From NCBI RefSeq assembly GCF_006345805.1, contig NC_043008.1:43586001-43650000 (forward strand): 64,000 nt of DNA. Reading direction: 5' to 3'. Both the position numbers and the translations under genes were made by a program. The notes beneath the pieces are model-generated. The model saw only the letters and a program-made list of their open reading frames with translations, searched no databases and was not told the DNA's origin. This stretch comes from Octopus sinensis (Eukaryota). This document shows, piece after piece, positions 34,857-48,121 of this stretch; within the stretch, counting starts at the first letter, position 1; the number at the start of each line of letters is the position of its first letter.

Positions 34857-34986
34857 TTGTCGGAGCTTCGTGGAGCTTTAGGTATTTTCGATCAATAAAC
34901 ACACACAACGTCCGGTCTGGGAATCGAAACCGCGATCTTCCGACCGCGATTTCGCTGCCCTAACCACTGGGCCATTGCGCCCCCAC
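34857..34986 (-). mobile_element. SINE family A head only
   Basis: Reverse complement of the first ~130 nt of 33887-34269. Confidence 0.8.
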
Positions 34987-35929
34987 CATTAGTTTTATAC
35001 TACATTATACTGGTCTATCGTCAGTCATAATATATACTTGTATATTCGTGACTAACATTAGACCAGCACAGATATTAGTATATCTGTGCTGGTCTATCGT
35101 TAGCCTCTTGTTATACCAGTATACTTGATCTTGTTTATTTCCAGTTATATCTACTGGTCTATTATTAATCGTAAGCTATACTGATATATTTCCTTCGACA
35201 AACTGAAGTTTATTTCACTCGAAGCTCTTTATGTCTTTAAGTTTAATTTTCTCAAGAGAGATAATAATTTCAACTTCTCAGTCATAATTTTCCTCTTTAA
35301 TTAGTGTGACTACTAATAAGATACAATATATTAATCATTAGGGAAGTAATACTTTATTAATCAGCAGGCATTATATATATATAAATAATTCGGTGTACGT
35401 AGTTGAGACAGCATTACAGTAAAATTGCTATCTATGTATCATATTTAAAGTATATACATCGCTGCGAAGCATGGTGTTGTGCTATTTGTCTGAGAAAAAA
35501 TCTTTTCAAAACCACAACATCATGCCTTTAAATGGTGAATTAACATTAAGTATGAGACACAGATGTCTATTTTAATTTAATATTGTTGCACTTGCGTACA
35601 ACGAATTTATATTCCGCTAGATAGACTTTTAGCAATATCAGTGAAAGTATTTTTTTTTTACTGTGATTAGCGAGTACATAAGTGACAGACGGAAGTTGTA
35701 ACTCATTATGCACTTCAAGCTGGTTAGGGCTGCGCCCCGCTGATTACGTCTTTGGATTATAGGGATAAACGATCATATAATACGGGGACCACTCGGAGGT
35801 CTCCGCAAGGAGTGAGCGCCTGGTGACAGGCAGAAACGAGATGACCAGTAAACATATGTAGGTGCAGATTTTGCATCAGAGTGTCCTTCTCCTAGAAGGG
35901 CCCGTGACAACAGCTAAGGGTCCGTCGCT

Positions 35930-36122
35930 CCGAGTCTGGGACATTTATCCCTCATGGACAATAATCCCACCAAGGACAATTACCCTTGAGGACAACAGAT
36001 GATGATTTAAAACTTCTTAATATACTGGAATGGGGGTAATTAACTAAGGGGGAGGGGTAATTGTCCTAGAGGGTAGTTGTCTTTGGAGAGGGGATTGTCC
36101 TGGGGTAATTGTCCTGATACGG
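35930..36122. mobile_element. MITE-like element with inverted GGACAATTACCC subterminal repeats
   Basis: The left half has GGACA(A/T)TTA(C/T)CC copies and the right half has GGGTAATTGTCC copies; imperfect CCG...CGG termini. Confidence 0.5.
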
Positions 36123-36159
36123 TTGCTCACAGTAATTTTACTGCTTGTCCTGACGCCAA

Positions 36160-37040
36160 CCATGTGTGTATATATGTTCAGGATATGACATACATACATA
36201 TATGCACACATGCATACATCCATACGTACATACGCACATATACGCACACATGTATGCATATATACGCACACATGTATGCATATATACGCACATATATTTT
36301 GAGTGGTAATTTGATTCAGTTCCTCATGTTTAAAGTTTAGTGGACGTGAAAGCACATCCATCGCTTCGGACATATCTATGTACGTGTATATGTGTGTATG
36401 TGTGTATATGTGTACAAGTGTGTATGTGTGTATGCGTATATGTGTATAAGTGTGTATGTGTATATGTGTGTATGTGTATATGTGTATATGTGTGTATATG
36501 TGTATGTGTATATGTGTACAAGTGTGTATGTGTATATGTGTGTATGTGTGTATGTGCATATGTGTATATGTGTGTATATGTGTATGTGTATATGTGTATA
36601 TGTGTATATGTGTGTATGTGCATATATGTATTTGTGTATGTGTATATGTGTATATGTGTATGTGTGTATCTGTATATGTGTACATGTGTGTATGTGTATA
36701 TGTGTATATGTGTATATAGGAACATGTGCATATGTGTATATATGTGTATATGTGTGTATATGTGTGTCTATATATATGTATATATATATGTATGTGTGTA
36801 TGAATGTTTGAATGTATTTATGTATGTATGCATAAATGTACAGTGTATGTATGAATGCATGTATGTGTATAATGAATGTATGTATGTGTATGTATGAATA
36901 TATGTATGCATGCGCACACACATATATATGCATATATATATATGCATATATATATATATATACATACATATATATATACATATATATATGTATGCATGTA
37001 TGTATATATATGTGTATGTATGTATGTATGTATATATATA
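36160..37040. repeat. Compound (TATGTG)n / (TA)n / (TATG)n satellite
   Basis: Directly visible in the sequence. Confidence 0.9.
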
Positions 37041-37744
37041 TACTAATCAAGTTCCTATTCCGACGTAGGCATTAAACGCCTCCTCCTCCCACTTGAATTG
37101 TATACGGCAGAGCAAGTACAAACAAGAGAAAAAAAACCGCCAGCCTCCACCTTCATACAGAAAATAACAACAACAACAGCAACAACAACAACAAAAACAA
37201 ACTCCGAAAAGCCGAAGAGAACCATTGTGTGTCGGTGTTGGTGCGGCAGCAGAACTAATTGTAAATTGTCGAGTAGCTTTGTGGTTTAGAGTGCAGAGGT
37301 GGACAATAAGATCATACCTATAGTTTATTCGGATGCAAAACACTTAGGGCCGGATGTGTGAAACATCTCTAATGGCAACAGCTTGCTTTGCAATTTGCTT
37401 TATGCACCAATGCTTATCACATACATCAAATTTTCCAACCCCCACATTTCATGACAAATAGATCGTTTCCGGAAATTTTGAAAAAAAAAGAAAAGAAAAA
37501 GAAAATGAGAATAAATGAAGAAAATATAAAATAATAAACTCACACATAAATACATACACACACATACATACACACGCAAATACGAAAACAAAATGGAGGA
37601 ATAACTAAGTGAAAATGATTAAAAAAAAGGCAAAAACATTTATCATTTATGGTTTGAAAATGATTACAATTCATATAACATTAATGAAGACAACAAATCT
37701 GAGTAGAGACACAGCAACATAACTGGAATTGCGGCACCAGCATT

Positions 37745-37774
37745 AATAATAATGATAATAATGATAATAATATA

Positions 37775-37817
<43 letters not shown>

Positions 37818-37861
37818 TAACGACAACAACAACGATGATGGTGATGATGATGATGATGATG

Positions 37862-37934
<73 letters not shown>

Positions 37935-38001
37935 TAACGACAACAACAACGATGATGGTGATGATAATGATGATGATGATAATGATAATGATAATAATAA
38001 C

Positions 38002-38048
<47 letters not shown>

Positions 38049-38122
38049 TGATGATAACGACAACAACAACAACAACAACGATGATGGTGATGATGATGAT
38101 GATGATAATGATGATGATAATG

Positions 38123-38165
<43 letters not shown>

Positions 38166-38194
38166 TAATGATAATAATAATAATAATAATAATA
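37745..38194. repeat. (AAT/GAT/AAC)n array with higher-order internal duplication
   Basis: The block ATGATAACGACAACAACAACGATGATGGTGATG recurs three times. Confidence 0.9.
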
Positions 38195-38542
38195 TTGTCA
38201 GTTGTTTGACCTTAACCAGTTGAGCATGTCCCTTAGTGGCTGACGATATGTGCATCTCTGATCACGAGCAGAAGTAATTGGAGAGCATCATAGCCATGTG
38301 TTGAGCGGGATTCTTTGGGATTTTAATAATTCACTTTTGGAAACATGGGTGTTTCGTTCATCATCCTTAAACAAACCTAATTCAGGGACCTTTTGAGCGG
38401 GATGGGCTACTCGACCAGAAAAAAATTCTAACTGGGCCCCACCTGCAAGATCACCTGCAAGATCACCTGCAATGATGGGTATACTGGGCTTCATATATTT
38501 TACCCCAGTGTCAATTTGATGTCATGCACTGCTCTCTCACTC

Positions 38543-38636
<94 letters not shown>

Positions 38637-38670
38637 TAATAATAATAATAATAATAATAAAATAATAATA
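38195..38670 (+). mobile_element. Family D fragment with long (AAT)n tail
   Basis: Matches 16557-16975 with an internal deletion marked by TCACCTGCAAGA x3; the tail starts at 38543. Confidence 0.8.
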
Positions 38671-38676
38671 AAAAAA

Positions 38677-38894
38677 GATAAAAAAATATTCAGACAAATA
38701 CATAACAAAAACACCAGGACTTACAAACACATATAACATACAGAAAATTGCACTACTAGGCACTGCACACATCCTACGCAGAACACTTTCCATACAATAA
38801 CCATCAGAGCATCACAACAAATCACAGCACATACCCAAGGCACACAGAGCTGCGCTCGGTAGTGAAGTGAAAGCACGCTATAAAAATAAAACTA

Positions 38895-38930
<36 letters not shown>
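38677..38930 (+). mobile_element. 3' end of a restriction-like-endonuclease (R4/Dong-type) non-LTR element with (AAT)n tail
   Basis: Reads IKKYSDKYITKTPGLTNTYNIQKIALLGTAHILRRTLSIQ* (stop 38798-38800). QKxxLLGTAxILR is the C-terminal motif I recognise from RLE-type elements. AATAAA at 38885. Confidence 0.7.
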
Positions 38931-38931
<1 letters not shown>

Positions 38932-39055
38932 GTAGTGCAATTTTCTGTATGTTATATGTGTTTGTAAGTCCTGGTGTTTTTGTTATGTATTTGTCTGAAT
39001 ATTTTTTTATCATGCCTAATGCACCTACTATGATAGGAATTGTTTCTGTTTTCAG
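38930..39055 (-). mobile_element. Inverted fragment of the same RLE-type element
   Basis: Reverse strand reads LKTETIPIIVGALGMIKKYSDKYITKTPGLTNTYNIQKIALL (PIIVGALG motif). Confidence 0.75.
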
Positions 39056-39089
39056 ATTCTATTATCATTATTATTATTATTATTATTAT

Positions 39090-39171
39090 AAAGTATACAA
39101 AGCCCAATATCCCCATCATGACTACCTGTCTGACAAGGGCACACTAGGCACATACATCACATGGTGATCTC
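39090..39171 (-). mobile_element. Family D small fragment between (TAT)n tracts
   Basis: Reverse complement matches 20535-20630. Confidence 0.65.
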
Positions 39172-39181
39172 ATTATTATTA

Positions 39182-39240
<59 letters not shown>

Positions 39241-41389
39241 TTCCGCCGAGACAAGATGGCTTGTCTGTGACTCGTTACAGATTGCATTATGTGATCATTG
39301 TTTTCAAACTTTGGATGACTTTTTTCTCTTTGAAACGTTTGGAATTAACTGAAAAGACGAGAGCAGATTTTATTTAGATTTTCTTTCATATTAAGTAAAA
39401 AAAAAAGACATTTTTTAACGGTTAATTTATGTTAGCCGTCATTCAAATGACAAAGTCATCGGGGCACGCCCTGTGAAACAGGCAAATGCTTTTGGTTTTA
39501 TGCACAAAATACACAAAATAGAAAATAAAAAGACAAAAAGAAAATATTTGAAAAACATTGGGAAGCAAAAATATTAATAATTTCAAAGCAAAAATAAAAA
39601 CTATGATTTTTCTACGAAATTCCAGTGTTGATAGCGAATCGCTTAATAACAACAAAGACGACGATGACGACGGAATTAACGACAATGATATAACAGCAAA
39701 GATTTCTATACAAACATTTCGAAAAATCCTTGGAACAGACAAAAAAAAATAAATAAATAAAAAGCTCAGCAAACACAGAAACAAACAAAAGCAACCTCCA
39801 AAAGCAAATCAAACCAAAATGTATGAAAATATTGTTGGAGAAAATATTAGCAGTTTGAAAAAACAAAAAAAAATGTTAAGACAATTCCAATCCTTTTTTT
39901 TCTGGTATGAATGTTAAGAAAGCAATGTCAACAACTCACGTAATAACAACACAAACGTAATTTTCTACTCACTTTCATAAACGTTGCACCAAACAAAGAA
40001 ATATTACACTTAAACAGAGCCTCGTTGGTGAAACAATTTTGGTAAGGGTATGTTACAAAGGAGGTTATGTCTTTGCTCGAAAATTTTATCCTAAAGAGAA
40101 ATTTAACATATCGTTACCTCATGAAAACAGGGGGTAAAAATTATTTGCTTGTCCTCTAAAGATGTTGGCATGTATGACTTGGTCTGTTGAAAGTGACAAA
40201 TCTTGTGGTTGGATCTTTCCGCTTTTCAGGATCGTCGATGATACTAAACGGTAGAGTCATACCCACATAACGGCTTGTGCTGCACGAAGTGGACCAGATA
40301 GCATTACAGTGACACCGGAGTTCCAGATCTTGACACACTTGTACAATGGAAAATAAAACGAATAGTATTGGAAATATTGATTTGAACGCAAAGCAGAGAG
40401 TATCAACCACAATGACAACATGAACAACGACAAAGTAGCATACGACAACAGTGTGCAATAGAAAGGACTTGAGCGAGCTCATGCAAAAAGAGACGAATAG
40501 AAGGGGCTTTGTGACAATAGATAGTGCTTCATCTCCCGACGAATTCATCCAGATAAGGATAAGTATGATAGTGACATATACAAATAATTAAGGACTTCCA
40601 TATGGTCTTGATCAAAGAACTGGAACAGGCCCCAGCAGATGTGTTGCGGGACGTGTACTCGATCGGGGAAGAGCATATGAGAAGCATGTACAAGGTATTT
40701 AAAACCGAAAACTAAGTGATGATACACGTCGATCTGGCGCGCCACAATGATGCTCACACGATAGCGTAAGAAAATATGAGCCTCACAAACATTCGGATCA
40801 CGGACAGATATACTAGTAGGGATCTCGAATCTTTGGCATTATGCCAGCTTTGACAAAAATACTACGGACGTGCAGTGAATACTGAATTCATCTGTAAAAC
40901 AAGGTCATGTGGGTCTGCATGGAAAATCTGCTCCTAATGACCCTTCGAACACTGCAAGGCTATTTCAGAGAAATACTTATATTCCTTTGAGAGAGCAGAA
41001 AGAATGTGAGTCGGATTGGTGATGCAGTGTACCTCTCTTCTGTAGGATAGGTTTTGTACTGTCTGCGTAGGACCTTGTGGCCAATAAAAGAATAAGGTTT
41101 ATTATTAGTTTTTCTATTCACAATTACACACACACACATAATGAAATCTAATTAATAGATAATAATGGATTTTTAAAATAATAAGCAGGGAGTGTTGCTC
41201 ATTCCATTAATTATAGAAAATCTAACAGAAAGTTGTTTTTATTTATATTCTCTGTAACTCGTCGATATATATACATACACACCACACACACACACACACA
41301 TACATACATATATGTGTGTATATGTGCGCGCATAAATGTGTGTGTGTGTGCGTGCGTGCATGTATATATATATATACGCACACACACAT

Positions 41390-41421
<32 letters not shown>

Positions 41422-41827
41422 GCGTAGAATGAGAGAGAAAGAGAGAGAGGGAGAGAGGGAAAGAGAAAATGAGAGAGAGACTTTCATAAATATATTCATA
41501 CAAAGAACCTCTCATCTGCCTGTCTTTCTCATTCTCTTTTTCTCCCTTTCTTTCCCTCTCATTCTCTCCAATTTTCCAGAAATAGTGTGTGTTTGCGTGT
41601 GGAGAGGGGGAGAGAGAGGGAGGGAGAGGGAGAAAGAGAGAGGGAGGGAGAGGGGAGAGAGGGGAGAGAGAATCCTATCTATTTGAAAGCCAATTAATCG
41701 TTAACGTTTCTAAAATGCATTTTGCTTTCACTTTCACTTTCCAAAGTCTGTCAGAGTTTCAATTTCTATTCGTTAAAAGAATGCATTTGGCTGCCTTCTC
41801 CATTTAACCATAATAAGGTTAAAGATA

Positions 41828-42983
41828 TCAGGTTGAGTCAAAAGTTTTTTCCGATTTTCACTGATTAGTTTTGTATCCCCATGTTATATCGATAATTTGC
41901 TACTTGTTCGATCGTTGCTGAATTGTTTATCTTTTATTTTCACATATAACATAAACATTAATTGTCTATTGTTTACGTTACTGCTTCGATAATGAGTGGC
42001 GAAAAATTGTTATTAGAGCCATTTTACGATACGCGTGGAAAAAGAAAGGACAGAGGACAAGGGTAGCGGCAAAAGGAATAAATGATGTAAAAGATCCGTG
42101 AACTGTCAGCAAACGCGTGGCACAAAACTGGTTCGGACGTTTTAAGGAAGGTGGCGCCAACCTCAAAGACAAAGCAAGATCAGGGAGGGCTTCTGTTGAG
42201 GAAGATGTGGCCTTGTTTAAAATGGTTGAACGCCAGCACTCGTACATTGTTGGCAGAACTTGGTTATTCACAAAGAACATCATCGACACTTCCATAAATA
42301 CGGCTTTCTGAACACGCTGTCAAGAAGCTCCTCATAAAGTGACCAATAACCAGGTTCAACGACATTTGCAGGCAACTGCTGGTAAATCCCCGAGATGTTA
42401 GTTTTCGGTGTCGAATTGTAAATGGGGATAAAAAAGAGCGGTTTGAACAAAAGGTTATGTTGTGTGTTTGGTGGAATTTCAAGAGGTGTTGCACTTTGAA
42501 CCCGTCTCAGTATCATGATGCAAAGGGAACACTATGCTTTATGCTCAACAACTGGAGCTAATATATGAAGTTTTGAAAGTCTGCTACTCGGCATTGCTCA
42601 ACCGAAGATGCGTACTCATACAGTATGATAGTGATCCAGCGCAACTTTGCAACTTTGAGAAACTTGAGAAATGGAAGTGCTGCCTAACTCTGCCTACGGT
42701 ATAGACCTCGCACCATCAGATCACCACCTTTTCCGAGCCATGGATCCTTTTCTGCACTGACGGAGGTTCAACAATATAAATGAAGTTGAAAAGGAATGCA
42801 GGTTTTGCTTCTAAGCCAGCCAAATGGTAGAAGCATGGAATTGAGTTTTTGGCACAAAAATCTCGACAGACAATAGAATATGATAGGATATATTTTGATG
42901 AGTAAATTCTTTTCGTATGTAATTCGTTTGAACCATTTATTAAAACTTGAAAAAGAAAAAAAAATCTTTTAACTCAAACTTGT
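41828..42983 (+). mobile_element. Degenerate near-full-length mariner
   Basis: TA|TCAGGTTGAGTCAAAAG 5' TIR and degenerate 3' TIR CTTTTAACTCAAAC. Remnants AQNWFGRFKEG...RSGR, KVMLCVWWN, DLAPSDHHLFRAM and IEYDRIYFDE*. Confidence 0.85.
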
Positions 42984-43609
42984 TTTTGTGAGTAGGAAAT
43001 GAGGCAGCGTTGTCGTGGTTGCTGACCAGCAAGGAATAGAGCGGAATGTCCCTCGGATTTCATTCAGATGGAAGGACACATTGAATGACTTAATCTTAGT
43101 AAAGATATTTAAGTAAAGAAAAAGGGAACCTCATCCTGGTTACTGGATCTGAAAGAAATAACAGAAATCTCGCTCAAATTTCATACAAATAGGACATATT
43201 GGTTAATGAAGTCGTAGATACGTCCCCTTCGTTCCCCCAAAAGTCGTGATGGTTATGCCAGGAACGCCTTTAATCATAGCTCTCCTTGATCCAAAATGAC
43301 TTGTGCTCAAACGATTAATTTTGTTTTTAGATTGAGTGACAACTGTTATTGCCTTGCTGGAGCAACTCTTTGACTAAATAGTTTCAAGTTGAATTCTCAA
43401 AGATTAAGACAGGCCATTTTAAAATTTCTTGTTTTGATATTAATCTGAGATAGACGACACCTTTCACTCGCAATGGTTTCTTATAAAGCTACCATTTTTA
43501 ATTTCAGTCTTTTTCATTAATTGTTTCATTTATTGATGTTGTTTAAAAGTTCTAGATCCGTTCTGATATTAAGCGAACTCATTAATTTAAAAATTAGTTT
43601 AGAGTAGAG

Positions 43610-44010
43610 CAGGGGTCGGCACACTTCTTATATCATCGACCCTTTCATGGAATCGTCGATAGCTTATCGACTCCCATTGTATACATTCCTAAAATATAAT
43701 AAGTAATTATAATTAATATACAATTTCTTGATTTTAAAAAGATAATTCCTTCGTTCTTTTCTGTTTTTACCACATTTTAGTAAGAAATATTGAAAAAAAA
43801 AAGTGAAAATACTTAAAGATAAGTTTTTTTACTATCAGCGAACCCTTTCTAGATGGTCTTTTATCTTTGCAGCTTTCATGGCATTATTACGTACAGTTTT
43901 TTTTACATAACAGGCACACAGGCATTGTTTATTGGTAAATGATGGCATAATTCCGAATTTTAAATATTCTTGCGAATACTATCGACACTTCTTACTGTCG
44001 GGTGTTGCCG
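43610..44010. mobile_element. Possible hAT MITE (CAGGGGTCGGCA terminus)
   Basis: TAGAG|CAGGGGTCGGCA start, internal ATCGAC repeats and GTTGCCG near 44007; the 3' TIR is incomplete. Confidence 0.4.
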
Positions 44011-44394
44011 TAATTGGCGCTAAATTAAAAAAAAATCTAAAGTGTAAGTTCAAAAATTATCAGATAAATGAAACCATTCTGTGTAAATTGCAATAATTAC
44101 ATCACAGTATCGAACATTTCTGTTCTGATGCCTTCAGGCACTTGTCCTTAACAGACTCGCCAATTGGCCAGTTGGAATTAAATGTTTACCAGATGTACAC
44201 CAATGATGTTATATCTGATAAGATATTTTGAATTTCCATACTGCATTTCATTCCGACAATAATTCAGCACCTGTATTGCTCAGAATCGTTTCACGTGTTA
44301 TAGATCCTTTGGATAGCCAAATAGATAAAAGCGTTATGGCCATGACAATCCCTTGTTATTTTCGGACAATGTATCCACGTCCACAATGTCTAAA

Positions 44395-44439
44395 GTGGGG
44401 GGCAAACACAGAAACACAAACATACATACATACATACAT

Positions 44440-44490
<51 letters not shown>

Positions 44491-44652
44491 CGACGAGCTT
44501 CTTTCAGTTTCCGTCTACCAAATCCACTCGCAAGGCTTTGGTCGGCCCGAGGCTATAGTAGAAGACACTTACCCAAGGTGTCACGCAGTTGGAATGAACC
44601 CGGAACCATGTGGTTCGTAAGCAAGCTACTTACCACACAGCCACTCCTGCGC
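44395..44652 (-). mobile_element. SINE family B, 5' half
   Basis: Reverse complement of 61553-61760. Confidence 0.85.
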
Positions 44653-44870
44653 ATATAAAGAATATTTACGTAGTATTCAAATACAAGGGGCATTTTCCTT
44701 GTTTCTGCCTGTCTCTATTATTTACAATTGACGGGTATTTGTCCTTATCTTGCTTGTTAATACAATGTTTCGGCTGATACAGCCTCCAGCCTTCATGTGG
44801 TGAATTGGGGAAATTTCGAATCTGGGTTCTCATTCCTAAGGTATTATTCGATGTTGCTATTATTATTATG

Positions 44871-45066
44871 AAGGCGGCGAGCTGGCAGAAGCGTTAGCGC
44901 GCCGGGCGAAATGCTTAGCGGTATTTCGTCTGTCGTTACGTTCTGAGTTCAAATTCCGCCGAGGTCGACTTTGCCTTTCATCCTTTCGGGGTCGATTAAA
45001 TAAGTACCAGTTACGCACTGGTGTCGATGTAATCGACTTAATCCGTTTGTCTGTCCTTGTTTGTCC
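44871..45066 (+). mobile_element. SINE family C, 3'-truncated
   Basis: AAGGCGGCGAGCTGGCAGAAGCGTTAGCG... matches 6219-6410. Confidence 0.85.
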
Positions 45067-45244
45067 GATGCCTTAACGATTCTGCCAGCTAATAATACTG
45101 GTTGTTATTAATAATGATTTCTTTTCTCACAGAACTGTGGAACTGGAATGTTTCTAGCAAATAAAATAAAAGAATGATAAGGAATCTTTCTCCAATGCAG
45201 AAGGTCAGTTTGACTCTTGTGCAAAATAGAAACATCGTCATCGC

Positions 45245-45758
45245 TCTCACCACCACCACCACCACAACCACCACCACCACCACCACCACCGACGCCGCCG
45301 CCGCCGCCACCATTATCATTATTAATACTACTATTATTATTATTGTTATTGATATTGTTATTATTATTGTTGTTGTTGTTGTTGTTGTTATAATTATTAT
45401 TATTATTATTATTATTGTTATTGTTGTTATTATAATTATGATTATAATAATAATAATTATTATTATTAATGTTATTATTATTGTTGTTGTTGTTGTTATT
45501 ATTGTTGTTATAGTCTATATTATCATCATTCTCGGCATCATCATTATCAAGACGACGACGACCATCACCACCTTCATCACCACCAGATCATTATCACCGC
45601 CACTATCACCACCATTACCACCACCTCGATTAGGATGACGACAACCACCACCACCACCACCACCACCACCACCACCACTACCACCACCGTCATCGTCATC
45701 ACCGTTTTCATCATCATCATCATCTTTATCATTATCATCATCACCACCACAACCACCG

Positions 45759-45791
<33 letters not shown>

Positions 45792-45796
45792 CCACC

Positions 45797-45845
<49 letters not shown>

Positions 45846-45945
45846 CCACCACCATCACCACCACCACCACCACCATAATCATCATCATCACCACCACCCA
45901 CCACCACCACCACCACCACACCACCACCACCACCACACCACCACC

Positions 45946-45990
<45 letters not shown>
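45245..45990. repeat. (CAC)/(ATT)/(GTT)/(CAT)n compound trinucleotide tract
   Basis: Directly visible in the sequence. Confidence 0.92.
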
Positions 45991-46417
45991 GCCATCGTTA
46001 TATCGTCATAAATGTGCGACTGTTTATAATGTACATATGTTTATATTGTCAAGAGGTATTATTTACTAATACTTAGTCGGTACAGTTTCCAGGAATTAAT
46101 GGCTCTCTGTCTAGGCTCTACAATTTATTGTGCATACACACATACATACATACATACATGCATACATACATACATACATACATACATACATACATACATA
46201 CATACATACATACATGCATACATACGTACATACGTACGCACGCACATAGATAATACATACATACGTACGTACACACATGCATACATGTATACATAAATAT
46301 ATATGTGTGTATATATATGTGCACGTAAATTTATATATTATGTATATATATATATATGTTTATATACATACGCATATATGAGCGTGTGTGTATATGTACA
46401 TATATGTAGTTATATTC

Positions 46418-46466
<49 letters not shown>

Positions 46467-46540
46467 TATATAATTCACATATAAATATGTATATCTATAC
46501 ACATACATATGTATATATACATATACTTATATATATATAT

Positions 46541-46579
<39 letters not shown>

Positions 46580-47233
46580 CTTATATATATATACATTTAT
46601 ACACGCACACATATATATGCACATATGCATACATTTATATACATATATATGTGTGTCTGCGTACGTACGTACCTACTTGCATAATTATATAATACACATA
46701 CACGCACTTATATATGTATATTTATACATACATAAATGTCGTTTCGTTCTGTAATCGCTAATGGTAACTAGCAATTCAGTAAATATCATTGCATCGTCAG
46801 ATCATTGGCGACTAAGATGACAAGCTCCAAGATAGCCTGGCAAGGAAGACTGTTAGAAATCTACAAGAATTCTCTTCCCTTTAAATAGAACGCATGAACT
46901 CAATATTGGTTGAAGGAGATCTCAGGGAAATCGTAGGGGCTTAAAAATTCTTGTCCGAAGTATTTTGAGTGAAACAATTTTTATTCCTAGTAAAAGCCGT
47001 GAACGTTGCTGGGGTGGATATCTTGTTTCAGTTTGTCACTGTTCTTCTTGGATTTGGTATCGAGAGTTGCGGTGCCATTATGGAAATAATTTAGCGCTTG
47101 AATTGCACATAGGCATTGTTAATAATTTATTTTCTAAGTGTCATTCATGTTTATACTGGTTCAATCCAATGCAGTGACTAGTTCATATACTGTTATATAT
47201 ATTATATATATACAGATATATATACATATATAT

Positions 47234-47301
<68 letters not shown>

Positions 47302-47305
<4 letters not shown>

Positions 47306-48045
47306 CCTTTGCATTTGATTTTTTAATGTCTTTACCCCCATACTTTCGTGAGTTGAATTGAGCAAACACTATATGAGAGAGGTTTTCTTTAAGTATTAGA
47401 AATAGTTTTAAAAAAGTTTTTTAGCTACTATTTCTAATGAGTTCAGTATGCGGCAAAGTAATTTATTTTACTAAGCCCTTTTATATAATGTAATAATTTG
47501 AATTCGCCTTAAATGGTCCCTTTGCATACTGAATACTTGGTGAAATTGATTAATAATTAATTAATTTTACCCTCATTGTTGAAATTATAATTCATCTCTC
47601 TCTATTTAATGCCTCGGATTTTACCGAAAAAAGCATAGTGTTTACTGATTTTAACCCACGCTGGTGGAAAGGGGAGAGCAGAAATTCTTCGCTTGCATAT
47701 TTGAGTTTGCTGGCACTGTTAGTTTCGAGCAGATCTTCAGAAGCGATAAGAAGCCGAAAGGGTATGCTCCCACTTTCAGTGTTTTCAAATCCAAACCAAG
47801 GAGTTCTGAGCTGATGATAGAAATGTCGAGTTGACTAATCTTGAAACGTACGTTCTCAAATAACCTTTGCATTTGATTTTTTAATGTCTTTACCCCCATA
47901 CTTTCGTGAGTTGAATTGAGCAAACACTATATGAGAGAGGTTTTCTTTAAGTATTAGAAATAGTTTTAAAAAAGTTTTTTTAGCTACTATTTCTAATGAG
48001 TTCAGTATGCGGCAAAGTAATTTATTTTACTAAGCCCTTTATATA
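47302..48045 (+). repeat. Direct repeat, ~186 bp (47302-47487 and 47860-48045)
   Basis: The copies differ only in homopolymer lengths as far as I can read. Confidence 0.9.
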
Positions 48046-48061
48046 TATCTATATATATACT

Positions 48062-48121
<60 letters not shown>

